From an uncultured Planctomycetota bacterium (GTDB lineage: Bacteria; Planctomycetota; Phycisphaerae; Tepidisphaerales; Tepidisphaeraceae): DNA of 64,000 nt. Below are positions 17,235-26,681 of this stretch, piece after piece (position 1 is the first letter of the stretch; every line of letters begins with the position of its first letter). The DNA lies in contig CAWJEN010000005.1 of the NCBI GenBank assembly GCA_963841915.1, positions 256,001 through 320,000 on the forward strand, read 5' to 3'. Made by a program: the position numbers and the translations under genes. The notes beneath the pieces are model-generated. The model did not search any database, had not been told where the DNA came from, and worked only from the letters and a program-made list of their open reading frames with translations.

Positions 17235-20200
17235 ATGCGACCACTCACCGAATGCCTGGAAGACCGCCGCCTGCTCGCCGCAGTGACAGCGATCGACTTC
17301 AACCTGCCGAACTTCTCGGCAGCCACCATTGCAAGCGGGTTTGGACCCGGCGTCGATGGCACAGATGCCGTGACCGTCCGCGGCAACGGTGATTTCGTTT
17401 CAAACCGGCTGCGACTGACGACCGCCAATCGGTTCGAGCAAGGCACTGCCTTCACAAACGACCGCCTGATCCTCGGTGACGACGTCGGCTTCTCGACCAA
17501 CTTCAGCTTCAACCTTGGCAAAGGCGACGGCATTCGCGGCGGTGACGGCATTGCTTTCGTTCTCTTCGGCGGAGACGGCGACCCGGCGCTGCCGAGCTTC
17601 CCCGGTGGCAGCCTCGGGTACGGCGGGCTCTTCCCGAGCCTCGCGGTCGAGTTCGACACACAGCAAACATTCGGCGACCCGGAAGGTGACCATGTCGCCA
17701 TCCACGCTTACGGCGACAGCTCCAGCCCGGTGCAGACGTCGGCTCTCAAAGTCCTCGACAGCGACCTCAATGACGGCCGCACGCGTTGGGCGTGGGTCGA
17801 CTACAACGCGCCGAGCGACACGATGCGAGTATACCTCAATGACGCCAGCACGAAGCCGTCCTTGCCGACGGTGTCGGCGACGTTGAACCTGAGCGACTTT
17901 GCCGGCGACGCGGCGAGTCTGGGCCTGACGGCTGCCAACAGCTGGCTCCGCAACCGGCACGACGTCTTGAGCTGGTCGTTCGACACCGTCACGGGTGGCC
18001 CGGGCAACACCGCCCCGACAGCAGGCAACGACAGCAAGACACTCAACCAGAACGCCGCCGCCACACCGATCGACGTGCTGGCGAACGACGGCGATGTCGA
18101 CGGCGACAGCCTGATCATCACCAGCGTCGGCCAAGCCAGCAACGGCACCGCTTCGACCGACGGCAACCGCGTCTTCTACAGGCCAGCCCAAGGCTACGCG
18201 GGCCTCGACAGCTTCACCTACACCATCAGCGACGGCCGTGGTGGATCGGCAACGGCGACCGTCAGCGTCACCGTCGACCAAGCACCGGCCAGCGGCTCCT
18301 TCGCCCTCGAGAGCGGCAGCTACACCGTCAACGAGAATGCCGGCTTTATCGACATCGGCGTCCTCCGCACCGGTGGCAGTGCCGGCGTGGCGACGCTCGA
18401 CTTCCTCACCGTCCCCGGCACCGCATCGGCGGGTGTCGACTACGCCAGCCGGAACGGAACGCTCCGCTTCGAAGCCGGTGAGACCCGCAAGACGATCCGC
18501 ATCAACATCACCGACGACACGCTCGTCGAGAATGACGAGATCTTCGGCGTCTCGCTCGATGCCGTCACAGGGGCCGACCTCGGCGCACCGCGGACGACGC
18601 AGATCACCATTACGGATAACGACGCCCCGCCGCCACCTGCATCGGGCCTGCCGTGGATCGAAGACTTCAGCCTGCCGAACAACACTCGCGTCGACACCGG
18701 CGCGACGGCCTGGTCGATCGACCTTGACGGTGCCCGCGCCAACTCCTTCCAAGTCGGCGGCAGCCAGCTTCGCCTGATCGACAGTGACCGCGTGGTCACG
18801 TGGACGAGCGAGCCCATCGACACGAGCGGCGTCGACAGCGTGTCGCTGTCGCTCACGCTCAACGGCACCGGCCCGATGGAAACGAGCGGTCGCTTCATCG
18901 ACTACGTCGAGATTCTCTACGCCGCCGACGGTGGGTCGCCCGTGCTGCTGGAGCGTCAGGTCGCAGAGACCGACGGCGTGCAAAGCCTCAGCTTCGACGG
19001 CCTGACCGGCGACTCGATTGCGATCATTATCCGCGGCGTCTCGACGACGACGAACGAGATCTTCTACATTGACGACATCACCCTCAGCGGTGACAACGCA
19101 CCGACCGTCGGCACGACCCGCTTCTACGAGCAGGCCGAGAACGCCGACCAGGCAGGTGTCGGAAACTGGACGCTCCGCAACGGCGGCAGCGGTGGCGGCT
19201 TCGTCGAGTGGACCGGCCCGTCACAGAACGACTCACCCAGCGCCGCACAGGCACTGACCTACAGCTTCACCACCGACGTTGCCGGCCTGCACGACGTTCA
19301 TCTGTCGGCACGTACGACGGGAAGCGGCGACAACAGCTTCTGGGTGCGTCTCAACACGAGCGACCGCAACAAAAGTCAGAACGTCACGCGCAGCGACGGC
19401 TTCGTGAAGTTCAACAGCCTGCCCGCCACGAGCGGCTTCGAGTGGGCGCCGGTCAGCAACAGCGACACGGCCGATGACGGCATCGCTCGCTTCTGGCTCG
19501 ACGCCGGCACGCACACCATCGAGATCGCCCCGCGTGAGCGCGGCGCAGACCTCGACGGCTTGTACGTCACCAACACGCCCGACGCGCCGACCGACGCAGG
19601 CCTCGACGCCGTTCAAAGCGACGGCGGCCCGGTCGACCCCGGCGAGCCGACCGGCACCTTCCAGAGGACGGTTCTGACGAGCGACGTCCAGAGCGTGACG
19701 GATGTCGTCATCGCCAACGGCCTCAGCGGCGAGACAGTCTTCATCGCAGAGCGGGCGGGAAGAATTCGCGTGATGATCGATGGCCAGATGCAGGCCGGCT
19801 CGTTCGTCGCCTTCGAAGATGAAGTCAACGGCACCCGCGACCGCGGCCTGCTCGGGCTGACGCTGCACCCGAACTTCCCGCAAGAGCCGTACGTCTACGC
19901 CCTGCACACTTACGACCCGCCCGAAGCGGCAAATGGCTCAGGCCTGGCCGCCCGCGATGCCAACGGCAACCGTGCCGGCCGACTCGTCCGCTTCACCGCC
20001 GACATCAACGAGGGTTACCTTAAAGCCGTCCCGAACAGCCAGGTGACAATCCTCGGCAAAAACTCCACGTGGAACAACATCAGCCAGCCCGGCAGCGACT
20101 CCACCGGCTCGAACAACTTTAACATTCCCGCCAGCGGCACGCCAGAAGATTCCCGCAACAACGGCGGGTACATCGATGACTTCATCGCCAGCGACAGCCA

Positions 20201-20960
20201 AAGCCACAGCGTCGGCGACATTGCCTTCGGACCCGACGGATTCCTCTACGTCACCCTCGGCGACGCCACCAGCTACGGCAGCGTCGACCCGCGCACCCGC
20301 TTCGTGCAGGACATCAACACGCTCCGCGGCAAGGTGCTCCGCATCGACCCGCAGACCGGCCAAGGCGTCTCGACCAACCCGTTCTACACCGGCAACCCCA
20401 ACGACAACGCCAGCCGCGTCTGGGCGCTTGGCCTGCGGAACCCATTCAGCGTCGCGGTCGATCCCGAGGACGGCGATCTATTCATCGGCGACGTCGGCTG
20501 GAACACCGTCGAAGAGATCAACCGCGTGGCCACCGGCAGCTTCGGCGGCACCAACTTCGGCTGGCCCTGGTACGAAGGCCGCTACACCGGCGACGCTCCG
20601 ACGAACGGCTATCGCAACCTCAGCTACGCCGACGGCATCTACGACAACCCGACGGTGCTCGAAGGCGTCCTGACCGAGCCGGTCTTCAGCCGCGACCACA
20701 GCGACGGTGCCCGGGCCTTCATCATCGGCGACTTCCTCACAGGCAGCAGTTACCCCAGCGCCCTCCGCGGCAGCCTGCTGTTGATCGACTGGCAAAGCGG
20801 CACGGTCGAGGCAGTCGTCATGGACGCCAACGACAACTTCGTCCGCACCGAAACGATCCTGACCGACGCCGGCCAGATCACGAGCATGTCCGCAACCGCC
20901 GACGGCAAGCTTTACTACGGCGACTGGCAAGGCAAGGTGGGCGTGATCGAGTTCAAGTGA
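17235..20960 (+). CDS. Large extracellular multidomain protein: Planctomycete N-motif, L-type lectin, cadherin-like/Ig, Calx-beta, beta-sandwich modules, PQQ-dependent sugar dehydrogenase (GSDH) domain
   Basis: ECLEDRRLLA; GGDGIAF/SLAVEFDT; NTAPTAGND..IDVLAND.D.DGD; GTLRFEAGETRKTI..DD.LVE.DE; DRGLLGLTLHPNF, FGPDG.LY, GLRNPF, EEIN, NFGWP. Confidence 0.88.
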   Translation: MRPLTECLEDRRLLAAVTAIDFNLPNFSAATIASGFGPGVDGTDAVTVRGNGDFVSNRLRLTTANRFEQGTAFTNDRLILGDDVGFSTNFSFNLGKGDGIRGGDGIAFVLFGGDGDPALPSFPGGSLGYGGLFPSLAVEFDTQQTFGDPEGDHVAIHAYGDSSSPVQTSALKVLDSDLNDGRTRWAWVDYNAPSDTMRVYLNDASTKPSLPTVSATLNLSDFAGDAASLGLTAANSWLRNRHDVLSWSFDTVTGGPGNTAPTAGNDSKTLNQNAAATPIDVLANDGDVDGDSLIITSVGQASNGTASTDGNRVFYRPAQGYAGLDSFTYTISDGRGGSATATVSVTVDQAPASGSFALESGSYTVNENAGFIDIGVLRTGGSAGVATLDFLTVPGTASAGVDYASRNGTLRFEAGETRKTIRINITDDTLVENDEIFGVSLDAVTGADLGAPRTTQITITDNDAPPPPASGLPWIEDFSLPNNTRVDTGATAWSIDLDGARANSFQVGGSQLRLIDSDRVVTWTSEPIDTSGVDSVSLSLTLNGTGPMETSGRFIDYVEILYAADGGSPVLLERQVAETDGVQSLSFDGLTGDSIAIIIRGVSTTTNEIFYIDDITLSGDNAPTVGTTRFYEQAENADQAGVGNWTLRNGGSGGGFVEWTGPSQNDSPSAAQALTYSFTTDVAGLHDVHLSARTTGSGDNSFWVRLNTSDRNKSQNVTRSDGFVKFNSLPATSGFEWAPVSNSDTADDGIARFWLDAGTHTIEIAPRERGADLDGLYVTNTPDAPTDAGLDAVQSDGGPVDPGEPTGTFQRTVLTSDVQSVTDVVIANGLSGETVFIAERAGRIRVMIDGQMQAGSFVAFEDEVNGTRDRGLLGLTLHPNFPQEPYVYALHTYDPPEAANGSGLAARDANGNRAGRLVRFTADINEGYLKAVPNSQVTILGKNSTWNNISQPGSDSTGSNNFNIPASGTPEDSRNNGGYIDDFIASDSQSHSVGDIAFGPDGFLYVTLGDATSYGSVDPRTRFVQDINTLRGKVLRIDPQTGQGVSTNPFYTGNPNDNASRVWALGLRNPFSVAVDPEDGDLFIGDVGWNTVEEINRVATGSFGGTNFGWPWYEGRYTGDAPTNGYRNLSYADGIYDNPTVLEGVLTEPVFSRDHSDGARAFIIGDFLTGSSYPSALRGSLLLIDWQSGTVEAVVMDANDNFVRTETILTDAGQITSMSATADGKLYYGDWQGKVGVIEFK

Positions 20961-20981
20961 ACGACAAGCGGTTAATGCGAT

Positions 20982-22259
20982 CTAAAGGCTTAGCTTCCAC
21001 TTCAACTGGCCACCGACGATCGTGTGCGTCGGGCGGCCTGTCAGGTCCCAGCCGTCGAACGGACAGTTGCGGCTCTTGCTGACGAAACCAGAAGCGTCGA
21101 CGGTCCATCGCAGCGACGGGTTGATGATGGTAACGTCTGCAATCGATCCCACAGCCAGAGTGCCGCGGTCGGGGGAAACCAGCGACGCCGGGGCTGTGGT
21201 CAACAGCTCGATCAGCTTCATCGCGTCGATGTAGCCGGCTTCGTAGAGCGCCTTCTTGTAGAGGCCGAACGCACATTCGAGACCGATGATGCCGAACGCC
21301 GCCTCGGCGAGCGGGACGGCTTTCTCCTGTGCCAGGTGCGGCGCGTGATCCGTCGCAAGGCAATCGATTGTGCCGTCGACCACACCTGCAATGACGGCTG
21401 CAACGTCGTCAGCCGTCCGTAGCGGAGGGTTCATCTTGTAGTTGGCGTCGTAGCTGCGGAGCGTTTCATCCGTCAGCAACAGGTGGTGCGGCGAGGCCTC
21501 TGCCGTCACGCGAAGTCCGTCGGCCTTGGCACGCCTGACAAGCTCGACCGCGCCGCGCGTGCTGATGTGCTGCACGTGATACCGGCAGCCGATGCGCGTG
21601 TTGAGCAGAATGTCGCGACCCAGCATCACCTCTTCGGCCTCGGGCGGTATGCCGGGAAGACCAAGCTCAGCTGCGACCGCCCCGCCGTTGACGCAGCCGC
21701 CCGAAAGGCTGGGCTCTTCACAGTGCTGCATCACCACCGCGTCAAACATGCGGCAATACTGCAGTGCCTTCCGCATGACGCCCGCGTCACTCACACCCGC
21801 GCCGTCGTCGGTGAATGCGACGGCCCCACGCTTGTGCATCGCCCCGATCTCTGCCAGCTCCGTTCCGCCCCGGCCCTTCGTCAGGCAACCCGTCGGCAGT
21901 ACGTTGGCCAAGCCGACCCGTGCCGACTCGCGCAGGACAAACTCGACTGACGCCTCGTCGTCCAGAGGCGGCGTCGTGTTGGGCATGCAGGCGACCGTCG
22001 TGAACCCACCGGCCACCGCCGCGGCGCTGCCGCTGGCGATCGTCTCCTCGGCCTCGTCGCCCGGCTCCCGCAGGTGCACGTGCGGGTCGATCAGGCCTGG
22101 CGTCACCCAGCAGCCCTCGGCATCGATCGTCTCGTCCGCTGCCCCTAGATCCTGACCGATCGCGACCACGCGGCCGTCCCGCAGGAGCACGTCCGCCCCC
22201 CGCGGCAACGCGGCAGACGGGTCGTAGATCGTTCCGTTCCGGATCAGCAGGCTCGCCAT
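20982..22259 (-). CDS. pyrC: Dihydroorotase
   Basis: DPHVHLREPG, MPNT.P, KMNPPLR, ATDHAPH, SKSRNCPF. Confidence 0.95.
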   Translation of the reverse strand: MASLLIRNGTIYDPSAALPRGADVLLRDGRVVAIGQDLGAADETIDAEGCWVTPGLIDPHVHLREPGDEAEETIASGSAAAVAGGFTTVACMPNTTPPLDDEASVEFVLRESARVGLANVLPTGCLTKGRGGTELAEIGAMHKRGAVAFTDDGAGVSDAGVMRKALQYCRMFDAVVMQHCEEPSLSGGCVNGGAVAAELGLPGIPPEAEEVMLGRDILLNTRIGCRYHVQHISTRGAVELVRRAKADGLRVTAEASPHHLLLTDETLRSYDANYKMNPPLRTADDVAAVIAGVVDGTIDCLATDHAPHLAQEKAVPLAEAAFGIIGLECAFGLYKKALYEAGYIDAMKLIELLTTAPASLVSPDRGTLAVGSIADVTIINPSLRWTVDASGFVSKSRNCPFDGWDLTGRPTHTIVGGQLKWKLSL

Positions 22260-22269
22260 GTCCGCCACG

Positions 22270-23211
22270 CTACGGCCTTGCCTGGTTCACCAGGTACAGC
22301 ACCGCCATCCGCACCGCCAAGCCATGGCTGACCTGGCTCAGAATCGCACTTTGCGGTCCGTCAGCAACGCTCGAATCGATCTCAACACCGCGATTCATCG
22401 GACCCGGATGCATGACCAGCAGCGTCGGCTGCGCCTTGGCCAGTCGCGTCGCATTCAACCCGAACAGGCTGGCATACTCGCGCTCGCTGGGAAACGCTGC
22501 CGACTTCATCCGCTCATGCTGGACCCGCAGCATGTTCACCGCATCGACCGTCGGGAGCACCGCGTCGAAGTCCGTCGACACTGCAACACCCGGCAGCTTC
22601 GCCAGCGACGTCGGCAACAGTGTCGACGGACCCACCAGCGTCACCCGCGCCCCCAGCTTGGTCAGCCCGAACACGTTGCTCCGTGCAACGCGGCTGTTGG
22701 CGATGTCTCCGACGACCGCGACGTGCAGTCCCTCGATCTTGCCGAAGTGGCGACGCAGGGTGTAAAGGTCGAGCAGGCCCTGCGTCGGGTGTTCATGCGC
22801 ACCGTCGCCTGCATTGACGACACTGCAGCCCACACTGTCGGCCACCAGCTTGGCAGCACCGGCAGAGGCGTGACGGACGACCATCACGTCGACACCCATC
22901 GCCTCGATATTCCGGACGGTGTCGCCCAGCGTCTCGCCCTTGCTGACGCTCGAGCCTTTAGCGCTGAAGTCGACCACGTCGGCAGACAACCGCTGGGCGG
23001 CCAGGCCGAAGCTGATGCGGGTCCGCGTCGAATCTTCGAAGAACGCGTTGACCACCACGCGACCCCGCAGGGCCGGCACCTTCTTGACGCTGCGGGTGCT
23101 GACCTCGCGAAAGCCGTCGGCCGTATCGAGCAGCAGCGTCAATTCTTCGGCCGACAGATCGCCGAGGCCCAGCAGGTGCTGGCGGTTCCACGTGGAACTT
23201 CTTTCACTCAT
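22270..23211 (-). CDS. pyrB: Aspartate carbamoyltransferase catalytic subunit
   Basis: FFEDSTRTRISF, NAGDG.HEHPTQ, HPGPMNRG. Confidence 0.97.
   Translation of the reverse strand: MSERSSTWNRQHLLGLGDLSAEELTLLLDTADGFREVSTRSVKKVPALRGRVVVNAFFEDSTRTRISFGLAAQRLSADVVDFSAKGSSVSKGETLGDTVRNIEAMGVDVMVVRHASAGAAKLVADSVGCSVVNAGDGAHEHPTQGLLDLYTLRRHFGKIEGLHVAVVGDIANSRVARSNVFGLTKLGARVTLVGPSTLLPTSLAKLPGVAVSTDFDAVLPTVDAVNMLRVQHERMKSAAFPSEREYASLFGLNATRLAKAQPTLLVMHPGPMNRGVEIDSSVADGPQSAILSQVSHGLAVRMAVLYLVNQARP
23184..23199. promoter_or_regulatory. parS-like site inside the pyrB 5' end
   Basis: GGTTCCACGTGGAACT: 14-bp core identical to TGTTCCACGTGGAACA. Confidence 0.6.
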
Positions 23212-23747
23212 GGCGTCACCTCGATCGCGTCGTGGCCGTCGGTTTCGGTCATGCGAACGTTGACGCGGCCACTGGTCTCGAGCTTCGTCCCGGTGGCGTC
23301 TGCCTGCACCGGCAGCTCGCGCCCGTCGCGATCGACCAGCACCGCCAGCTTCACGAACTGTGGCCGGCCGTAGTCGGCGATGACGTTGAGTGCCGCCCTG
23401 ACGCTGCGACCGGTGAACAGCACGTCGTCGATCAAAAGCATCGGAACACCTGTCACGTCGTCAGGCATGTCGGTCGCCCGGACGACCGCTGCCGGACCGA
23501 TTTCACTCAAATCGTCCCGGTAGAGCGTCACGTCAACGCTGCCGCCACGAACGTCGTAGCCGCTTGTGGTCAGTCGCTCGCGAAGCCGAACCGCCAGCGT
23601 CTCTCCACGGGTCACGATGCCGATGACGTTGATCGGGCCGTCCTTGTACGGCACGACCAACTGCAGGACCGCATCCACCAGCTCATCGAAAGCAGCGTCG
23701 AACTCGGGCACCGCAGACACCCTACAACCGGCCACAGCCAAAGCCAC
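23208..23747 (-). CDS. pyrR: Bifunctional pyr regulator / uracil phosphoribosyltransferase (start uncertain)
   Basis: GIVTRG, DVTLYRDDL, LIDDVLFTGRS, LVDR.GRELP. Confidence 0.92.
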   Translation of the reverse strand: MALAVAGCRVSAVPEFDAAFDELVDAVLQLVVPYKDGPINVIGIVTRGETLAVRLRERLTTSGYDVRGGSVDVTLYRDDLSEIGPAAVVRATDMPDDVTGVPMLLIDDVLFTGRSVRAALNVIADYGRPQFVKLAVLVDRDGRELPVQADATGTKLETSGRVNVRMTETDGHDAIEVTP

Positions 23748-23748
23748 T

Positions 23749-24657
23749 TCAGCCGCGCCCGGAGATCAGCTTGAACACCGTGATCTCCGGCTTGCACCAC
23801 CATTGCCACCGCTGCCCGTAGCTGAGCCCGCGATTAACGTACAACCGCCTGCCGCCGTCGAGCTCGTAGAGCCCGCGAACGAATTGCCTGCGTCTGTGCC
23901 CGTTGAGCCGCTTGCCGATCTTCGTCTCCGCCAGCTGTCTTCCGTGCGTGTGGCCTGAAAGCATCCAATCCCACCGATGCACTAGCAGCTCAGGTGCATT
24001 CCGCGGGTCGTGGTTCAGGCAGATCGTCGGCCCGTCGGTCGACCTGAATCCGGCATCGGCGTCAAGCCGCCCGCTCGCCAGATCGTCGAGCCCGACGAGC
24101 GTCAGACCCTCGACGTTCATCGACTCGTTCCTTAAGAGTCGCACGTTCTCACGCTGCAAGACGCTCGCCAGGTGGTCGCCGCGCCGATCACCCTCGCGTC
24201 GGTTGCGTGCACCGTGGGTGCCGTAGTCGTGGTTGCCGAGAATCGCGACGATGCCCATCGGCGGCATCGGGTCGAGATCGCCCAGCAGCTTCGCCGCCAT
24301 CTCCGCATACCGATAGCCGCCCGTGATGAGGTCGCCGGTCACGACCAGCAGGTCCGGTCGAAGCGACGCGACATGGCGAAGCTGCTCGCGCATGTACCCA
24401 CGCCAGACGACCGGGGAGACGTGCAGGTCGCTGATCTGCACGATCCGCTTACCCACCAGCGCCTGCGGCAGATCGGGGATGTCCATCGCCAGCCGTGCAA
24501 CGTCGAGCCACTTGCGGTGAATCGGTGCCGCATGCAAACCCGTGAGGCCCAGCTTGCTCAGCGTCCGCCAAGCCCGTCCACGACCGCTCCATTGCCGACG
24601 CCAGTCGGCCTCCTGCACCGCACGGTTCAGCGAGCTGGAGACATGTTGCAACGGCAC
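23749..24657 (-). CDS. Calcineurin-like metallophosphoesterase
   Basis: SDLH, TGD, LGNHD, H, GHTHG motifs. Confidence 0.9.
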   Translation of the reverse strand: MPLQHVSSSLNRAVQEADWRRQWSGRGRAWRTLSKLGLTGLHAAPIHRKWLDVARLAMDIPDLPQALVGKRIVQISDLHVSPVVWRGYMREQLRHVASLRPDLLVVTGDLITGGYRYAEMAAKLLGDLDPMPPMGIVAILGNHDYGTHGARNRREGDRRGDHLASVLQRENVRLLRNESMNVEGLTLVGLDDLASGRLDADAGFRSTDGPTICLNHDPRNAPELLVHRWDWMLSGHTHGRQLAETKIGKRLNGHRRRQFVRGLYELDGGRRLYVNRGLSYGQRWQWWCKPEITVFKLISGRG

Positions 24658-24665
24658 ACCCGACG

Positions 24666-25196
24666 CTACGCGATCGCCTTCGGCTTGAGCAGATCACGCA
24701 GCAACTGCCGCGTCTCACGGGTCAGCCCGACGTCCTTGGCGACTCGGTAGTTCAGCAGCCGCCCACGCTCGCGTCGCCAGAAACGTCCGCCGCTGACAGC
24801 CAGCTTGCCGACCGTCAGCCAAAGCGCCGGCTCGATCGCGTTACAGCACAAGGCGACCCCGCGTATGGCGTCTTCATCGTGTGGCGTCACGGCCAGACGC
24901 AGCCGTTCGTTGCTGCCGGGCTCGACCGCGTGCACGGCCCGCCCGAGGCGCTCTGCCGCGACCGCTGCCGCGTGCAGGAGCGGCTCGGCCAATTCGTCCC
25001 GCCAAGGCTGCTCGACCTGCGGATCACCGCGGTCGGTGCCGACGCGGTGTTGCACGATCGCACGCGTCCAGTCGTGCGGCTTCATGAGAACACGCAGCTC
25101 ATGCGCCTGACGTTGCGGCGACTGACTCGGCACCACGATGTCGGTCGACGCAGCGACGCGATGCGCTGTCCGCCTGCCCTTCGGCCGCACCGGCAT
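24666..25196 (-). CDS. Hypothetical protein (start uncertain)
   Basis: Ends 8 bp before the metallophosphoesterase start on the same strand; plausible codon usage. Confidence 0.55.
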   Translation of the reverse strand: MPVRPKGRRTAHRVAASTDIVVPSQSPQRQAHELRVLMKPHDWTRAIVQHRVGTDRGDPQVEQPWRDELAEPLLHAAAVAAERLGRAVHAVEPGSNERLRLAVTPHDEDAIRGVALCCNAIEPALWLTVGKLAVSGGRFWRRERGRLLNYRVAKDVGLTRETRQLLRDLLKPKAIA

Positions 25197-25304
25197 CGGC
25201 CGCCTACGCGGCGCCACTTCTTCGTCACCCGGACACATCGGCCAAGCTTATGCGCTGCGCTTTGGCGGCCATCGGGGGTGGCGGCGGGGTCGACTCGCGA
25301 AGAA

Positions 25305-25320
25305 TGTTCCACGTGGAACA
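25305..25320. promoter_or_regulatory. parS centromere-like site
   Basis: Perfect TGTTCCACGTGGAACA palindrome. Confidence 0.85.
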
Positions 25321-25379
25321 TCGGGCAACCCGCTTGGCCGTCGCTGGCGAGGGTTTGGTGTCTCGGCGGACGGGCAAAA

Positions 25380-25395
25380 TGTTCCACGTGGAACA
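25380..25395. promoter_or_regulatory. parS centromere-like site
   Basis: Second perfect TGTTCCACGTGGAACA, 75 bp from the first. Confidence 0.85.
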
Positions 25396-25550
25396 CAATC
25401 GCCCTCTCGAAGTCCGTCGGCGGTACGTCGGCCTTAACGCAAATCCTGCCACATCCGCTGTAACTTCCGCGTGCAAAACACATAAAACCATGACAGCGGT
25501 ACGTCGTTATACGTGCGCAAAACTGTTGCGCCGCCGCGGCCGCCGATGGC

Positions 25551-26561
25551 TCAGGCACCGAGCTCTTGGACCACCATCGCCGCGACCCGATCGCGAACCT
25601 CGTCGATCGATCCCTCGACCCGCGCGCCCGCCGCCCGTGGATGTCCACCGCCGCCGAACGTCGCGAGCAACGCGGCACAGTCCACCTTGCCCTTGCTGCG
25701 CAGGCTCACCTTGGTCGCCGTCGCCGCGGCATTGTCGGGGTTCTCGCCGAGGAGCAGGCTCGCCTCGACGCTGGCGATCTTCATCGGCTCGTTGATGAGG
25801 TCTTCGCCGTCCGCTGCCGTCGCTGTCGCCTCGGCGTAGTCGTCGCGACGCAGCGTCATCACACTCAATCGCTCCTCGGCGTGCAGCTGCATCGACGCCA
25901 GTCCGCGTGCAAACAGCCGCACCTTCGACGCCGCCTCACTGCGGTACAGCCGCGCGTTGAGCTCGTCAGGATTCGCCCCCGCATCGACACAGTCTGCGGC
26001 ATGACGCAGGGTCGCCGATGAGGCATTGGAGTAGCTGAACCAGCCGGTATCTGTCGCCATCGCCGCGTACAGGCACGTCGCCATCGGCTTTGTCAGCGAC
26101 ACGCCCATGGCCGCGATGACCCGCTTGGCCACCTCTGCCGCGGCACCGGCCGTCGTGTCAACGAGGTGCGTGTCCGGCCAATCCTGCTGCGTGACGTGAT
26201 GGTCCAGCACCAGCTTCCGGCCGCCGAACGCCTCGACGTGCTCCTGCAGCCCCGGCAGCTGCGACCACGTGCCGGTGTCACACACGAGCAGCGTGTCGAT
26301 CCCCGTGAAGTACCGCCCCACATCGCCGCCGTCCAGCAACACGTCGTGCGGCACGCCGTCGTAGAGAAACGCGTACTTGGGCGGAATGTCGCTCAGCACC
26401 AGGCATCGCGCCTCGACCCCCGCCACCGCCAGTGCCCTCTGCATCGCGCCGGTCGTCCCCAGGGCGTCGCCGTCAGGCCGCACGTGCGTCGTCAGCAGCA
26501 CCCGACCCGACGACTTCAGCAGCTCGGCAAATGCAAACACATCGGCATCGGTGACGGACAT
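25551..26561 (-). CDS. DHH/DHHA1 phosphoesterase (NrnA-like)
   Basis: H..PDGDALG, LDHH, TDTG.F, SLRS, GGGGHPRAAG. Confidence 0.9.
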   Translation of the reverse strand: MSVTDADVFAFAELLKSSGRVLLTTHVRPDGDALGTTGAMQRALAVAGVEARCLVLSDIPPKYAFLYDGVPHDVLLDGGDVGRYFTGIDTLLVCDTGTWSQLPGLQEHVEAFGGRKLVLDHHVTQQDWPDTHLVDTTAGAAAEVAKRVIAAMGVSLTKPMATCLYAAMATDTGWFSYSNASSATLRHAADCVDAGANPDELNARLYRSEAASKVRLFARGLASMQLHAEERLSVMTLRRDDYAEATATAADGEDLINEPMKIASVEASLLLGENPDNAAATATKVSLRSKGKVDCAALLATFGGGGHPRAAGARVEGSIDEVRDRVAAMVVQELGA

Positions 26562-26681
26562 GGCCGCACGCTACGGCCGTGGGGCCGCGCCGCACGAACG
26601 GCGTCACGCGATTGCACGCAAGCTCCGTCCGGAGGCAGCTGCGACCCTCCTCGATTCCGAGGCGCCTTCGCGTCCCTGGGC

